From NCBI RefSeq assembly GCF_004010195.1, contig NC_057719.1, positions 89,644,835 through 89,708,834 of the forward strand: a stretch of DNA of 64,000 nt. The letters run 5' to 3'. The notes below the pieces were generated by a model. The model was not told where the DNA came from, searched no databases, and saw only the letters and a list, made by a program, of their open reading frames with translations. Shown piece by piece: positions 62,100 to 64,000 of this stretch. The DNA is from Chiloscyllium plagiosum (taxonomy: Eukaryota). Both the position numbers and the translations under genes were made by a program. Numbering within the stretch: the stretch's first letter is position 1; every line of letters begins with the position of its first letter.

Positions 62100-63905
62100 C
62101 CAGTGCCATTTACGTTGCGTGCAAAAGCAGATGCAGAAACCAAGAGGCTAGAAAGCAAAGGAATCATCAAAACGAGGATAATGTGACCTATGGGCATCAC
62201 TGGTAAAACCATTCGTGGATCGGTTTGCGTTTGTGGAGGTTTCAAAGAAACTGTGAACAGCATTTTCTTTCAGCTGGATAAATACTCAATCCATCGCATA
62301 GATGACTTGCATGCAAATCTGCTAGAGGATCTGTCCTCAAAAAGCTGGATATAAGCCATGCTTACCTGCCATTGTGATCACATGAGAATTCCCATAAGTA
62401 TGCTGTAATTAATGCCCATAAGGGTTTCTGCCTGTATATGAGACTGCGCTTTGGAGTATCATCAGCCTGTGCAATTTTCCAGTGAATGAAGGTGAGCATT
62501 TTTCAAGTTCAACCCCAGGTCACCATTGATCTGAATGATGTGCTAATAACTGGGAAGACCAATAAAGAGCATGTTGAGAACTTGGTCATAGTGTTTAAAT
62601 TTTCTACAAGGTCTTAGGAAGGAATAATGTGTGTTCCAAGGCACCTCAACTGACCTACTAGGGTGACACAATCAACAAGACCGGGTTACACACATTGAAA
62701 TATAAAGTGAGAGCGATCAAGAGTGCCCCAGCTCCCACGTCTGTACCAGAGCTTAGGACTTTCGTTGGGTTGGTGGAATGTTAAGGAAAATTCATATGCA
62801 ACAAGACCTTCATGTTGGCACCTACCATTTGGCATTGAGAAAGGGTCAACCTTGGAAATAATGGTGTAGCCAAGAAGCAGCCTTTAGGGAGGAGGGTTGT
62901 TTTTCAGACTGGAGGCCTCCCTCCCTCCCTCTCCCTCCCTCTCCCTACCCCCCCCTCCCCCTCNNNNNNNNNNNNTATATAAATGATTTGGATGTGAGCA
63001 TAAGAGGTATAGTTAGTAAGTTAGCAGATGACACTAAAATTGGAGGTGTTGTGGACAGCAAAGAAGGGGACCTCTGATTACAACAGGATCTTGATCAGAT
63101 GGGCCACTGGGCTGAGAAGTGGCAGATGGAGTTTAATTTAGATAAATGGAAGGTGCTGCATTTTGGGAAAGCAAATCTTAGCAGGACTTATACACTTAAT
63201 GGTAAGGTCCTAGGGAGCGTTGCTGAACAAAGAGACCTTGGAGTGCAAGTTCATAGCTCCTTGAAAGTGGTGTCGCAGGTAGATAGGATAGTGAAGAAGG
63301 TGTTTGGTATGCTTTCCTTTATTTGGTCAGAAAGATGTTGGAGGCTAGTACATTTGCAACATTTAAAAGGGATCTGGATGGGTGTATGAATAAGAAGGGT
63401 TTGGAGGGCTATGGGCTAGGTGCTGGCAGGTGGGACTAGATTGAGTTGGGATATCTGGTCGGCATGGAAAGGTTGGACCGAAGTGACTGTTTCCATGCTG
63501 CACATCTCTATGAGTCTAAGTGAGAAAGCAGTTATCCTCATTTAATGTGTGATGTGGTACTGACATGCATTGCCTCCTGTAAAGTACTAGGGTACTGTCG
63601 GCTCAGAAGGTAGGAATGCCTGATAGTGTATCCTTCCCCGACTTTGGCTGATGCCAAATGTAGATGCGTTCTGATAGAGAAGGAAGGTATGGCGCTAATC
63701 TTTACTGTGAAAAAGTTCCACCAATACCTATTGCAGGCATTGATTTGTAACAGTAATGGACCACAAACTCCTGCAAGGGCCACTTGAGAATAGGGCCATC
63801 CCATCTCTAGCTTTGGATCAAAATCCGCGATGAACTCTTATTCTAAGTGCAAACAATTACAACTTGGAACACCCTCTGCGAGGCCAACCAGTAAATGCGG
63901 ATGCC
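62100..63905 (+). mobile_element. Degenerate Gypsy pol fragment with a nested CR1 piece (~62890-63515)
   Basis: KLDISHAYLPL, INAHKGFCLYMRLRFGVSSACAIFQ, LNDVLITG, FTVKKFHQYL. Confidence 0.8.
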
Positions 63906-64000
63906 TTTTTTTATAGATATTTTTATTAGAAATTTAACATTTTTACAAGTTTACAAAAATAAACAAAACTCTCAAATATAAACATTGATATACAATTAAA
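63906..64000 (-). mobile_element. 3' end of a second copy of the same L1 family (runs off window)
   Basis: Reverse complement of the 3' UTR/polyA at ~52480-52575. Confidence 0.85.

Overview
Eukaryotic, repeat-dense DNA, very probably from a cartilaginous fish (shark). This is inferred from HE1-type V-SINEs and dense CR1 LINEs; the species cannot be fixed from the window. Host-gene content is small: two coding exons of DCAF4/WDR21 on the minus strand (13668-13771 and 3241-3395, phase-compatible) and a CpG-rich, probably bidirectional promoter at about 36.4-36.96 kb. Most of the rest is nested mobile DNA: CR1 and L2/CR1-like LINEs, HE1 SINEs, Penelope-like elements (PLEs), L1 and Gypsy fragments, TA-flanked Tigger-like MITEs and solo LTRs. 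There is also a deleted class I endogenous retrovirus (37452-42549) with two LTRs, a tRNA-Pro PBS, gag-TAG-pro-RT and a PABL-like env. The most notable system is a set of PLE-derived insertions from two or more families that share one architecture: an asymmetric inverted-repeat hairpin, an 11-15 bp target-site duplication (TSD), and a minimal hammerhead-ribozyme motif. One locus carries two hammerhead motifs in tandem, 194 nt apart. Several templated or chimeric insertion scars and an old local segmental duplication are also visible. There are two assembly gaps. Boundaries of degenerate repeats are approximate.
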